From the IMG/VR virus record IMGVR_UViG_3300002220_000147: DNA of 64,000 bases, one strand, 5' to 3'. The notes under the pieces were generated by a model. The model was not told where the DNA came from, searched no databases, and saw nothing but the letters and a program-made list of their open reading frames with translations. Source of the stretch: an uncultured virus (IMG/VR IMGVR_UViG_3300002220_000147) (taxonomy: Duplodnaviria; Heunggongvirae; Uroviricota; Caudoviricetes; Crassvirales). Positions 9,318-18,319 of the stretch are shown here, one piece after another (position 1 is the stretch's first letter; each line of letters begins with the position of its first letter). Made by a program: the position numbers and the translations under genes.

Positions 9318-9707
9318 TTAAAGTCCAAGCTCTTGCAGAATTTTGTAGGCTTCATCTTCTAATTCATTTTTTACTTTGTATGATTTAGAAGCTATAAAAT
9401 TTTCAAATTTAGCTTCAATATCCTCAAGCAAAATCGTTAAAAAAATATCTACATCATCTGTTTTGATTACTTCAGCCCCACTTTTATTTTTAGTAGGAAT
9501 TGTATAAAGAACAAAATCTCCATCAGGAAGAACTGCTTCATTTAATTCAAGAGTTGCTTTTGTTTCTTTTACAATAGCTTTCATTCCTGAAGGATTAAAC
9601 AATCCTTTAGAAGCTAAAAATTGTGAAAGTTCTCCCCAAGTTGTTGCGGAGGTTGGTACTTCTGTTGTCGAATTTGACAATGTTGAAAAAACTAATACTT
9701 TGCGCAT
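9318..9707 (-). CDS. putative ubiquitin-like (beta-grasp) protein with internal KSG motif and C-terminal extension
   Basis: ~77-aa domain with beta-beta-alpha(TTWGELSQFL)-beta pattern ending in PTKNKSG (Gly77), followed by a 52-aa acidic helical tail. Confidence 0.65.
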   Translation of the reverse strand: MRKVLVFSTLSNSTTEVPTSATTWGELSQFLASKGLFNPSGMKAIVKETKATLELNEAVLPDGDFVLYTIPTKNKSGAEVIKTDDVDIFLTILLEDIEAKFENFIASKSYKVKNELEDEAYKILQELGL

Positions 9708-9740
9708 AGTGTTTAATTTTAATTTATTATTAATTTATTT

Positions 9741-10028
9741 TTATTTGTTTAATTCTTTGAGGATTTTATCCTCTAAATATATCCATAAATCATAATAACT
9801 ATTGTTATTATGTTTTTTCATTATAGAACAGAATATTTCATTAAGATCATTAATCAGATCTGTAATATCCTTTCCATAAAATTCAATAATTTCTATATCA
9901 AATGAAGGAGGTTCCCCTGGATATCCGGGATCTCCATTAGGATATGAATGTAACTCTGGGTATCCTTTGTTATAATATCCTTTAATATCTAATGATATAG
10001 TATCTAATTTAATAGTTATTTCTGTCAT
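9741..10028 (-). CDS. hypothetical protein
   Basis: GDPGYPGEPPSFDI motif. Confidence 0.6.
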   Translation of the reverse strand: MTEITIKLDTISLDIKGYYNKGYPELHSYPNGDPGYPGEPPSFDIEIIEFYGKDITDLINDLNEIFCSIMKKHNNNSYYDLWIYLEDKILKELNK

Positions 10029-10477
10029 AGTATGTTTATATAAACTCCAGGATTTTCTTTATTATAACTCCAAAATATACCATTTATACTCATTGGAACT
10101 GGAAAAATATAATCAACACTATCATCTGGAATTATATCTAATGCTGTCATTAAATCAAGAATTATATGAGTAGCATTATTAAAATCCCATTTATGTTTGC
10201 TATTACGAACAAAATGCATCCCTATTATTACAGGATATTCCGTTATACCTTTTATTGGAGAAAATAATTCTTCAATATTATACGTTCTTGGTATAGTTTT
10301 GTAATAGTTAACTATTTTTCTAGATGAAGAATATGATGCAATTCCAAAAGTTCTTAGCCATTTCGCTACTGTTTTTGAGTAAAATCTACCATTCACTTTA
10401 CTATTTTTTAGTGAGGGTATGTTTCCAGGAATAAAGATTCCTAAACAATTCTCTGGCTTTATTAAGCTGTTTTTCAT
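10025..10477 (-). CDS. RusA-like Holliday junction resolvase
   Basis: IPGNIPSLKN, KWDFNN...LDLM...IPDDS acidic motif pattern. Confidence 0.7.
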   Translation of the reverse strand: MKNSLIKPENCLGIFIPGNIPSLKNSKVNGRFYSKTVAKWLRTFGIASYSSSRKIVNYYKTIPRTYNIEELFSPIKGITEYPVIIGMHFVRNSKHKWDFNNATHIILDLMTALDIIPDDSVDYIFPVPMSINGIFWSYNKENPGVYINIL

Positions 10478-10781
10478 TTTTACAGTATATTATAGTTTTA
10501 CCGTTGTCAATAGAAAAAGACAATAGGTTGTTTATATCAGGACTAAGACTTATTGCTTTTAGTCTATTTTCTTCATACTTTTTTTCTTTAATTTCCCGTT
10601 TAATCCTTATTTTATCTTCTTTAGTCTGTTTTTTTATGACTTTTTTTGGAGTACGATATCTTATTTCATATTTAGTATGATTATTACAGAACACACTAGT
10701 TTTTCTATAAGGAAAGAAGGAATTAGAACATCCAGGAAATTTACATATTATTGGGTTTTTAAACCCTAACTTTCTACTCAT
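10401..10781 (-). CDS. hypothetical basic protein with Cys/His cluster
   Basis: CKFPGC...FCNNH. Confidence 0.55.
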   Translation of the reverse strand: MSRKLGFKNPIICKFPGCSNSFFPYRKTSVFCNNHTKYEIRYRTPKKVIKKQTKEDKIRIKREIKEKKYEENRLKAISLSPDINNLLSFSIDNGKTIIYCKNEKQLNKARELFRNLYSWKHTLTKK

Positions 10782-11796
10782 AAAATAACTTTTTAATTAG
10801 TGTATTAGTCTCTTTATATCTATACTTATCTATAAAGTCACTAATATCTTTTTTCCCTGATTCTTCTGGTATAAATACTGGAATTATGTCTGAATATAGT
10901 TCATTTGTTAGTACAGCTCCTTTTCTACCTGCTTTATCGTTGTCATATAAAACATATAATTTATTAAATCTCTTTTTTAAATTAATGTATTTTTCATAAG
11001 AAATAATTTGACTTTCGGATTGCGGAGAAATTGCTGGTAAATCAAATAAACTTAATACAACAATATCCTTTAAAGATTTAGTTATTACAACTTTATCTCC
11101 TACCCATGGTAAATAGTTGAAACCTAGATATTGATCTTGTTTACAGTTTGTTAACCACTTCATAGTTTTACTGAATGGAGAATATATTTTATAATAATTA
11201 ATCTCTTTATCCCAATCTACCAAATAACTATAAGACGGAAAATCTAGATTAAAGGTTCTTATAGTATCTGATTTTATAGTTAAAGAGGTAACAGGTTTAA
11301 TTCCAAATTTTTCAGCTCGATTAATATCTATATAATATCTGTGTTTCCAATAATTTAAATCAAAAGATAACCAACTTCTCAATTGAGGATAGAAAAATTT
11401 GATTTTCTGATTTTCACTTAAATAATCTTTTGGTGTATGTTTATTGGAAGACCCAAGTCCTATATAACGCAGGTCAATATTATGTTCAACATATTGTTTT
11501 AAACCTAAATTTAAATCAAGATTAATTATACCGAGGGCTTGTAAAAATGTCATATTAAATTTTCTCATTACATAATTAAAGCAATCTACTGCTTTGTCTG
11601 TAGTTCCAAAATCTTTAAACCATAGTTTTTTATTATATTCAGATATTACACAAGAAGGAATACTATCACTTCTTGTTTCAGCACTGAATTTTTGTCCTAT
11701 TGCTTTGAAATTTTTACAATAAAATTTGAATATTTCAAACTCTGTAGTTCTTTTAAGAATATTGTTTGTAGTTAAGTCTTCTTTTATTTCAAACAT
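10774..11796 (-). CDS. DNA primase (TOPRIM, crAss-type DnaG-like)
   Basis: PSC...FKDFG N-terminal region, ITKSLKD, YDNDKAG, KDISD. Confidence 0.9.
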   Translation of the reverse strand: MFEIKEDLTTNNILKRTTEFEIFKFYCKNFKAIGQKFSAETRSDSIPSCVISEYNKKLWFKDFGTTDKAVDCFNYVMRKFNMTFLQALGIINLDLNLGLKQYVEHNIDLRYIGLGSSNKHTPKDYLSENQKIKFFYPQLRSWLSFDLNYWKHRYYIDINRAEKFGIKPVTSLTIKSDTIRTFNLDFPSYSYLVDWDKEINYYKIYSPFSKTMKWLTNCKQDQYLGFNYLPWVGDKVVITKSLKDIVVLSLFDLPAISPQSESQIISYEKYINLKKRFNKLYVLYDNDKAGRKGAVLTNELYSDIIPVFIPEESGKKDISDFIDKYRYKETNTLIKKLFYE

Positions 11797-11817
11797 AAGA
11801 ATGAAATAAAAAATTTA

Positions 11818-12582
11818 TTACTGTCCCCAGAATCCTCCAGGAGCATCAGAAACATCTTTTGTTTCTTCAGTTTTTACTGCAAGAGGATTAAATTCCTGAA
11901 ATTTAAAAGAATTTTGAAAATTTGGTTTATTGGTAGCATTTTCAAAATGTTTTTCCCAATATTTAGTAGTTTTGTTTCCAGACCTACTAAAATACCTTGA
12001 GTAAATACTTTGATACCAATTACCATCATTTTCTCTTACATAGTATAATACCTGTACCTTTCTCTCAGAGAATTTCTTGAAAATATCCTTAAGTTCTGTA
12101 ATATTACCTGTAAACAAAGCTTTAATATTGTCAAGTTTAGCTTTAGCATCTCTACTTACATTTAATAGAGTTTTGATAAAATCTACTAATTCAGGCTCTC
12201 CCGATACTGCTCCACGAGCTCCATCAGGTTTAAACCACGTATATTTAGCTAAAGCATCTTCTAAAGTCTCTGCATAACAGCTTGTACCAAAATCATTAAT
12301 AAATTGGGTATTTCCTGTTGAACTGGTTCTTACAACATCTTCAAGGAAAAATGCCATTTTATCAATTCTTTTTGTCTCTTCAGATTTAACATAAATATCT
12401 ACTCTTACTTTCTTATTATTTGTAGTCTCATCTACACTTAAATAAGAAGGTTCAGTTTTCATAGATATTCCCATTTTATCTGCTTCTTCTTTAGTAGGAT
12501 TTACTGCTACTACATGTACATCTGTTAATCCCGTAAATAATTGGTAATTACTGTTTTCTGATCCTGCATCAAATTGTGCCAT
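11818..12582 (-). CDS. putative single-stranded DNA-binding protein
   Basis: FTGL..VVAVNPT N-terminus, acidic/aromatic C-terminus; lies between AAA ATPase and primase as in crAss-like phages. Confidence 0.65.
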   Translation of the reverse strand: MAQFDAGSENSNYQLFTGLTDVHVVAVNPTKEEADKMGISMKTEPSYLSVDETTNNKKVRVDIYVKSEETKRIDKMAFFLEDVVRTSSTGNTQFINDFGTSCYAETLEDALAKYTWFKPDGARGAVSGEPELVDFIKTLLNVSRDAKAKLDNIKALFTGNITELKDIFKKFSERKVQVLYYVRENDGNWYQSIYSRYFSRSGNKTTKYWEKHFENATNKPNFQNSFKFQEFNPLAVKTEETKDVSDAPGGFWGQ

Positions 12583-12585
12583 AGT

Positions 12586-12837
12586 TTAATTAATTTGATT
12601 GTTACTAAATTCTTCTTGACTATAAACTGGTTGTTGTACATCTGGGGTAGCTTCAATATCATCAAGTTCTATTTCAAATTTAATAGAAGCTGCTCTCATA
12701 GAAGATAGTCCCATTTGTTTAAGTGCTTTATTGACTTGTCCTGTAGATAGTCCATACTTTTCACCCAATTCTTTACGTGTCATTCCATTCTCAATTTCAG
12801 ATTTAATCTGACTTTTTCTTATTACTACTCTTTCCAT
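12586..12837 (-). CDS. small HTH protein
   Basis: GMTRKELGEKYGLSTGQVNKAL. Confidence 0.65.
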   Translation of the reverse strand: MERVVIRKSQIKSEIENGMTRKELGEKYGLSTGQVNKALKQMGLSSMRAASIKFEIELDDIEATPDVQQPVYSQEEFSNNQIN

Positions 12838-12855
12838 AATAAATAAATTAATTTG

Positions 12856-13068
12856 TTAAATTTTATAAAATTCTCTTATTCTTGTATCCACTAAATTTAA
12901 GGAATTAGGGATAGTAAACTCTGAAAACATTCCTATAGGAGATTTTGCTGTTGATCTGCTAGCTTGAGTTTCAAAGTAATACTTATTTTTTCCTTCAGAT
13001 TGTCTTTCTACTCCACCAAATAATACTATTGGAAGCTTACTTTCAAGTTTAATCTTTTCTAGTTTTCT
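12856..13068 (-). CDS. AAA-family (AAA_24/Sak4-like) ATPase, exon 2; join(14614..14132,13068..12856)
   Basis: Splicing gives ...CLVTNG|RKLEKIKLES...STAKSPIGMF...IPN, 231 aa. Confidence 0.85.
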   Translation of the reverse strand, partial: RKLEKIKLESKLPIVLFGGVERQSEGKNKYYFETQASRSTAKSPIGMFSEFTIPNSLNLVDTRIREFYKI

Positions 13069-13131
13069 CATTTAACGATTACTTCTTTTATAATAAATTT
13101 GTCAAGTCTATTAAAGTAATCCTGTATATTT

Positions 13132-13923
13132 CTATACAGATTGGACTATATCTTCGTTACTGTATTTCCATATAAATCCATAAGCTGTTTTATACTTAGG
13201 ATAATCTTGTCTACAACATTTGTGTATATTTGCTTGCTTATTTCTATTACCTAAATAAATAGCAGCATCAATAACACATCTGAAATTTTGAATAAAATTT
13301 CCATCTAAGCTGTATTGATTAACAGCTTTTCCCTGTAATTTGATTATACCCTCTCGTGTATTATGTTTATGAATTTTTGATAATTTTCTACCTAATAACC
13401 CTTTAGAAACCCTTTCTCGTTGCTCAGAAGTTCTAACTTTACTTTTTAATTTAGAATTTCGCAGTTTAATAGATTCTTTTGAGAATTTCTGATTCTGATT
13501 CCCTTCTCCTCCAGTTGTCATATTTAATAACATAAATCCCCAACTTTTAAAAATTGAAATCCAAAAACACTCTAACCATTCCCAATTCTCAGTGTAAGAA
13601 ATTCTATCTACTTCTTCCATAATAAGTTCGTTTCCACTAAGTACTACACTTCTTATCCATCTGCTTTTATGAGAAGTATATTTAATATTTCTTCCTTCAA
13701 ACATATGAGAAATATATCTCTTTCTAAAGTCTTTTTCAGTAGTTTTTCCTATATATCTAATTTCTTGATTTCTAGGATCTTTGAGATAATAAATAATTAT
13801 ATCTCCTTTAATTTCAGTAACGTCTGCTATTTCAGAGTAATTGACTTTTACTCCTACTCCCTTTCCGAGGGATAGTCTCTGAACCTTCTCCATTTCACAG
13901 GAGCTTGGATGCTGATTGTCCAT
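13132..13923 (-). CDS. GIY-YIG homing endonuclease with NUMOD3/NUMOD1-like DNA-binding repeats
   Basis: IIYYLKDP..IRYIGKT, LLNMTTGGEG, VNQYSLDGNFIQ...KTAYGFIWKY. Confidence 0.9.
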   Translation of the reverse strand: MDNQHPSSCEMEKVQRLSLGKGVGVKVNYSEIADVTEIKGDIIIYYLKDPRNQEIRYIGKTTEKDFRKRYISHMFEGRNIKYTSHKSRWIRSVVLSGNELIMEEVDRISYTENWEWLECFWISIFKSWGFMLLNMTTGGEGNQNQKFSKESIKLRNSKLKSKVRTSEQRERVSKGLLGRKLSKIHKHNTREGIIKLQGKAVNQYSLDGNFIQNFRCVIDAAIYLGNRNKQANIHKCCRQDYPKYKTAYGFIWKYSNEDIVQSV

Positions 13924-13967
13924 TTATAATAAATGTTAAATTTTAATATTGTATAACTTAATTACTG

Positions 13968-14001
13968 CAAATATACGAAATATATTTACAAATTGTACAA
14001 T
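13968..14001 (-). promoter_or_regulatory. Bacteroidota-type promoter inside the intron, upstream of the endonuclease ORF
   Basis: TATATTTG (-7 consensus TAnnTTTG) at 13975-13968, 45 nt upstream of the ATG at 13923. Confidence 0.6.
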
Positions 14002-14131
14002 ATTTTTTATTATTTAACATTTTTTAACATACCTAAATTTTTAACATTCACACTTATCGTTTCCAATTATGTTGTAGTTTTAGGTCTTTAGGATATTCCA
14101 GCAGTTAAGCAGATAATGGCAAAAAACTTTC

Positions 14132-14614
14132 ACCATTTGTTACAAGACATTTAGATTCATTACCATCAACATCTGTATAAAGAGTAATATGACCAAAGAA
14201 ATAAACAACAAGGTCATCTCTTAATCCATTACATACTGATACTAATTCGTAGATATCTTTAGCTAAATCCATCCACTTATCAAATGTAAGTTTCTTAGAC
14301 TCAAGCATCTCCTTATCTACCATAATTGCATTAATAGTATCAATTATAATAGCTTTAAATTTAGGGCCTTTATCACTAACTGCTTTAATAGTTGATAAAA
14401 TTAAACTACTGTCTGATGTTTCAAAATAATTTAAATTTTTAACAAGTTTATCGCTAGCAAAAGGTGGCTTTTTTCTATCACAATTGAAATAGATTGTTGT
14501 ATCTAAATCCATTCCACTGTAATTTTCTAAATTATATTCTCCGTCTTTATTAATTACAATAGAGGTGGTTTTTCCACCACCTGACATTGTAAAAACACCT
14601 ACTGTTACTGCCAT
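14132..14614 (-). CDS. AAA-family (AAA_24/Sak4-like) ATPase, exon 1
   Basis: Walker A SGGGKTT, Walker B IIIDT, FDKW motif. Confidence 0.88.
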
Positions 14615-14616
14615 AA

Positions 14617-14763
14617 TCAGGATATAATAATTGTATCTGCTGGATTAGTAACGGGTACAGTTATAGTAGAGTCTACTTGTTCTGTTGATGTTACTTCTTT
14701 GTTCATACATGCCATTACTGCCAAAGTAACCAGAGCAGTAAGCATTAAAAATACTTTTTTCAT
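14617..14763 (-). CDS. small lipoprotein (48 aa, not in the ORF track)
   Basis: MKKVFLMLTALVTLAVMA-C signal/lipobox followed by a Thr-rich tail. Confidence 0.7.
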   Translation of the reverse strand: MKKVFLMLTALVTLAVMACMNKEVTSTEQVDSTITVPVTNPADTIIIS

Positions 14764-14777
14764 AAATTTTAAATTAG

Positions 14778-15083
14778 TTAATAATTGTCTTCAAATAATA
14801 ACATATGCAAAAGAATAGAGTAATTAGCTAAATCTACAACAGTATCTTTTAAAGGTTCATTTAAAGGGGAATTGTCTTTAGATAATAGATTACCCAATCT
14901 CGCTACTTTAGTGGAAATAAGACTCAGACAGTTTTGTTCAGGAGTTAATCCTGCAATACGCCCTGCCAGCTTAAAATTAGATAATACATCTTTATTAGCG
15001 TAGTCTGCCCCCTTTTTTAATAAAATATCTTTCATTTGTTTAGTAAGATATTCATAATGAGCTATTTGTTCTTCTAGTTTCAT
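14778..15083 (-). CDS. nucleotide modification-associated domain (DUF1599/Nmad1-like) protein
   Basis: KKGADYA..LSNF...KVARL...DTVVDLANYSIL. Confidence 0.75.
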   Translation of the reverse strand: MKLEEQIAHYEYLTKQMKDILLKKGADYANKDVLSNFKLAGRIAGLTPEQNCLSLISTKVARLGNLLSKDNSPLNEPLKDTVVDLANYSILLHMLLFEDNY

Positions 15084-16136
15084 TGTCTTGATTTACAATA
15101 TTCATAAACTTTTAATAAATTTTCTTTTTCAGCAGAACGTGGTAATTCAGTAAAGAAATTACTTGCTCCATCAAAATAAAGATCTACTGCTGCATTAGAT
15201 TTACCGTCTCTATTAAGTATTATAGATAATTCTCTGTAATTGTCTTGTAGAATATTTAAATCATATCCAGCATAATCTAATATTTTATATCTGTAAGGAG
15301 AAAATAACCCAAGCATAAGATTACAATCTCTAGCTGTTAATTTATTATCACCTAATCCATCAGCTGAAGGTCTTAATTTATCTATAACACTATCTCCTTT
15401 AAGAGTAAACTGCTGTTTTTCTTGTTCAGCCGCCTGTTGTTGAATATTTACAACACAATATTTATATTTATCTCTTAAGGTAAGACAGTAATCTGAACTA
15501 AACTTACTCATAGCCTGATGCAAAGTTTGCTGTTTTTCCGGCATTAATAAACTTACATGGTCAGTTATTATAATAACAAGTTCTTCAGGATCATTAGGAG
15601 TATAAAAATCCTTTACACTTTTTACAGTTACGCTTCCATCCTCTCCTTCCCAATCAATGTTTTTATAAGCCCATTTACCGTTTTTATCAGCATATGTTTG
15701 CATATATTTCATTATTCCCCAAGGATTTCTAATATTATCAATAAATGTAACCCTTTTTTCAAAGTCTTCAAAAAAAGGTTTATAAGAATCAATTAGTTTC
15801 ATTAACTTATTATCAACTACTCTATCTTTAAATACTGACAATAAATCTTCAGGGCTTTTTGAAATATTATGTTCTTTAAATAACTTATAAGATATTACTG
15901 ACATTATCTTACTCTCTTTAGACATTTCAAGAGAAAAGTAAAAGATTTTAGGTTTAATATTAGCGTTAGGATTAGATATAAAAAATTCATAAGGCTGATG
16001 TAAGAATAAGAAATCTCCTAATTGTGTTTTACCTACCTTACTGTTAGCTGTAACAATTACATATTTGGTATCCTCCTGCTTCTCTAACAGCCTTATTAAT
16101 TTTTATAGTTTCACTTACTCTTTCAAATATACTCAT
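15080..16136 (-). CDS. DnaB-like replicative helicase, apparently frameshifted near the 5' end
   Basis: Walker A TANSKVGKT and FSLEM lie in-frame upstream of the 15925 Met; IIITDHVSLL, QQ, RDG motifs; the ATG at 16136 is in another frame. Confidence 0.8.
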
Positions 16137-16723
16137 AATCTTTTTATTATATCAACAACTTCATTATTATTATTGGTATCTGTAAGATTGCCACATTCAG
16201 TAGCAAGTACTGAAACATTATTTTTTTCAATAAAATAAGTAGCCTGATGCATAAATGCATAATCATCTATCCTTTTTCTATCTACATATCTTTTAGTAGC
16301 TTCAAGTACTTGTTCTTGTGTATACTTATGCTTCTTAAAGAATTTACGAAGTTTTTCAGCAATATCAACTACTTCACTTCTGACATATCCACCGCCTGAT
16401 TTAACTCCTTTAGGAAACATCTCACGTATTTTATCAGCTAATTCAATAATACTATCAGACTTTGATTGTCCTATTAGTTCCATACCTAAATCTCTTATAG
16501 ATACATCTTTGAGGCCTTCTCCTGTAATTTTAATAAGCCCCATAGACTCTAAATATCTATAATCATCAAATTCATCTCTATCAAATACTATATAATACTT
16601 TATAATCTCTTCAGAAGTATCTTCAGAAACTATCATATTTACTAATATAAATAAATATACAGATATAGTATTGTCGGGATGTTTATTATTGAACTCTACT
16701 AATTTTTGAAAATCTATTGTCAT
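16133..16723 (-). CDS. putative replisome organizer/helicase loader-like protein
   Basis: Winged-helix-like N-terminus and FPKGVKSGG motif; ATGA-coupled to the helicase. Confidence 0.5.
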   Translation of the reverse strand: MTIDFQKLVEFNNKHPDNTISVYLFILVNMIVSEDTSEEIIKYYIVFDRDEFDDYRYLESMGLIKITGEGLKDVSIRDLGMELIGQSKSDSIIELADKIREMFPKGVKSGGGYVRSEVVDIAEKLRKFFKKHKYTQEQVLEATKRYVDRKRIDDYAFMHQATYFIEKNNVSVLATECGNLTDTNNNNEVVDIIKRL

Positions 16724-16989
16724 AGTAATCTTTTTAAAGGAATAAAGTAAGCACTATCGCCAAACTTACACTCTACATCAAGAATGGCTTCTTTGTCAAA
16801 CCAATCTTCTTCCATATATTCCTGACTATTAGGCCATTCTATTAAAACATAAGAGTCTTCAGCCAAATTTAAAAACTTATTTAGTAAGGCTAATGGTTCA
16901 TCAGAATTAGGGTCTTCTTCTGAAAGCAATTTATATACTGCTTGACCAATTATTTCTTGTACTTCATCAAAATTGTTAATTTCGTTCAT
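16720..16989 (-). CDS. hypothetical protein
   Basis: EWPNSQEYMEEDWF motif; coupled ORF. Confidence 0.6.
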   Translation of the reverse strand: MNEINNFDEVQEIIGQAVYKLLSEEDPNSDEPLALLNKFLNLAEDSYVLIEWPNSQEYMEEDWFDKEAILDVECKFGDSAYFIPLKRLL

Positions 16990-17258
16990 ATAATCTGTTT
17001 TTTAGTGTTACGAATTGATTCTTTTGAAATAGATAATACATTACTATGTTTGCCTTTATTATAGGAATGTGTAGATACTTCTTCACACCTATAATCTTCA
17101 TTTACACGCATAAGTTCTATTTTAGCATTCTCAGCACATAAATCAATAGCTTGATTACAAGCTTCTTGCATAGCAAGTAGTACATTAGGGCTTACAGGAG
17201 AATTAACATATTCTCCAATATGCCTTTTAAGAATTTCTTTTAAATTAACTTGTTTCAT
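16986..17258 (-). CDS. hypothetical protein
   Basis: Coupled ORF. Confidence 0.55.
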   Translation of the reverse strand: MKQVNLKEILKRHIGEYVNSPVSPNVLLAMQEACNQAIDLCAENAKIELMRVNEDYRCEEVSTHSYNKGKHSNVLSISKESIRNTKKQII

Positions 17259-17411
17259 CTGTTGTAGTTTTATCTGTTAATATTAAATACCTTTCCTTAT
17301 CTACTATATTCATAGCTTCAAATTTACCTAACAATTCAATAGCTGATACATTTCCAGCTTGAGCTTCTGATAATATATAAGTTAATGTATGTTTCATTAC
17401 TATAATTGGTT

Positions 17412-17675
17412 TCATAAGTCTTCTTGTTTAAGTAATTCATCTGCAAATACATAAGCTTCTTCGCATATTGATATTGGTTCAGGAAATCCATCTTCAACTC
17501 TATCTGTAGGAGAATTAACTAAAGTATTATAATACTTACCAGATAATAGCCCTGTCATAGCTGCACACGCTGCATAAAACCTCTTTGTCATCCCACTTGG
17601 GTCAAAATTCATAACAGAAAGTTTGTCAATATGGTTTCCATCTAAAGGAAATGCCGGATCTAATTTTTTATCCAT
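17412..17675 (-). CDS. hypothetical phage protein (PAFP...GMT.R.Y.A..AM.GL family)
   Basis: PAFP, GMTKRFYAACAAMTGLL, ADELLK. Confidence 0.65.
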   Translation of the reverse strand: MDKKLDPAFPLDGNHIDKLSVMNFDPSGMTKRFYAACAAMTGLLSGKYYNTLVNSPTDRVEDGFPEPISICEEAYVFADELLKQEDL

Positions 17676-17679
17676 ATCT

Positions 17680-17889
17680 TTAATAATTTACACCACAATT
17701 TGATAAGCACAACTTTAAATCTTCAGTATCATATTCCATTTGAACAAGTCTTGCTAATTCTGCAACAGTTGCCTTAATGTCAAAATCAACTTCTAATAAT
17801 TCTCTGAGTACTTCAAAGTCAGAGATATATTCTTCCCCATAATAATTCTTTAATAATGATAAATAAAGGTCAAGTTCTTGTGTAGTCAT
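17680..17889 (-). CDS. hypothetical protein
   Basis: Co-oriented small ORF. Confidence 0.55.
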   Translation of the reverse strand: MTTQELDLYLSLLKNYYGEEYISDFEVLRELLEVDFDIKATVAELARLVQMEYDTEDLKLCLSNCGVNY

Positions 17890-17924
17890 GGCTTATAAGT
17901 TTTTAGGTTAATAAAGGGGGATTA

Positions 17925-18122
17925 TTAGTCCCCCGTTAAATTATTTTTATGTAAAACACTTTTTTGATAAAATTCAGTATCATAGATTAAAGGTTCATCT
18001 GTTCCTTCAAAAAACTCTATATATACATCATGGAAACATTTAGAACAAACATCAACATCAGTTAATTCGCTGGATTCATCATCTTCAAACTCAGCCTTAC
18101 AGACTGTACAAATATTTAGCAT
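17925..18122 (-). CDS. small Zn-finger protein
   Basis: CTVC...CSKC. Confidence 0.55.
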   Translation of the reverse strand: MLNICTVCKAEFEDDESSELTDVDVCSKCFHDVYIEFFEGTDEPLIYDTEFYQKSVLHKNNLTGD

Positions 18123-18319
18123 TATTTTATCTCCTCTAATGGATATGCGTCTAAAGTAAATTCAATATCTTCTTCTGGTGCTTGCATATTTCTATGAGCT
18201 GCTTTAAGTGCTTCTGTTACATGAAGTTTAGCAAATTCAATCATATGATTAAATGTAGGATATAAACAATTATCTTTTGCTTCTCGTTGTTCCATAAATT
18301 GTATTGCTGTTGGTATCAT
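18122..18319 (-). CDS. hypothetical protein
   Basis: MIEFAKLHVTEALKAA...AYPLEEIK; coupled ORF. Confidence 0.6.
   Translation of the reverse strand: MIPTAIQFMEQREAKDNCLYPTFNHMIEFAKLHVTEALKAAHRNMQAPEEDIEFTLDAYPLEEIK

Larger units (their letters stand above)
13069..14131 (-). mobile_element. group I self-splicing intron (1063 nt) carrying a homing endonuclease
   Basis: P1: exon AATGGT pairs with IGS GCCATT (U.G at the splice site). Core elements: P TTAACTGCTGGAA, Q GACAATCAGCATCCAAG, R GGTTCAGAGACTA, S GAAGATATAGTCC. Terminal G at 13069. P10 AGTTTTTT/AGAAAACT. Confidence 0.92.

Noticed and set aside
12856..13071. Stand-alone 71-aa ORF
   Set aside because: It is exon 2 of the AAA ATPase; the G of its ATG is the intron's terminal G
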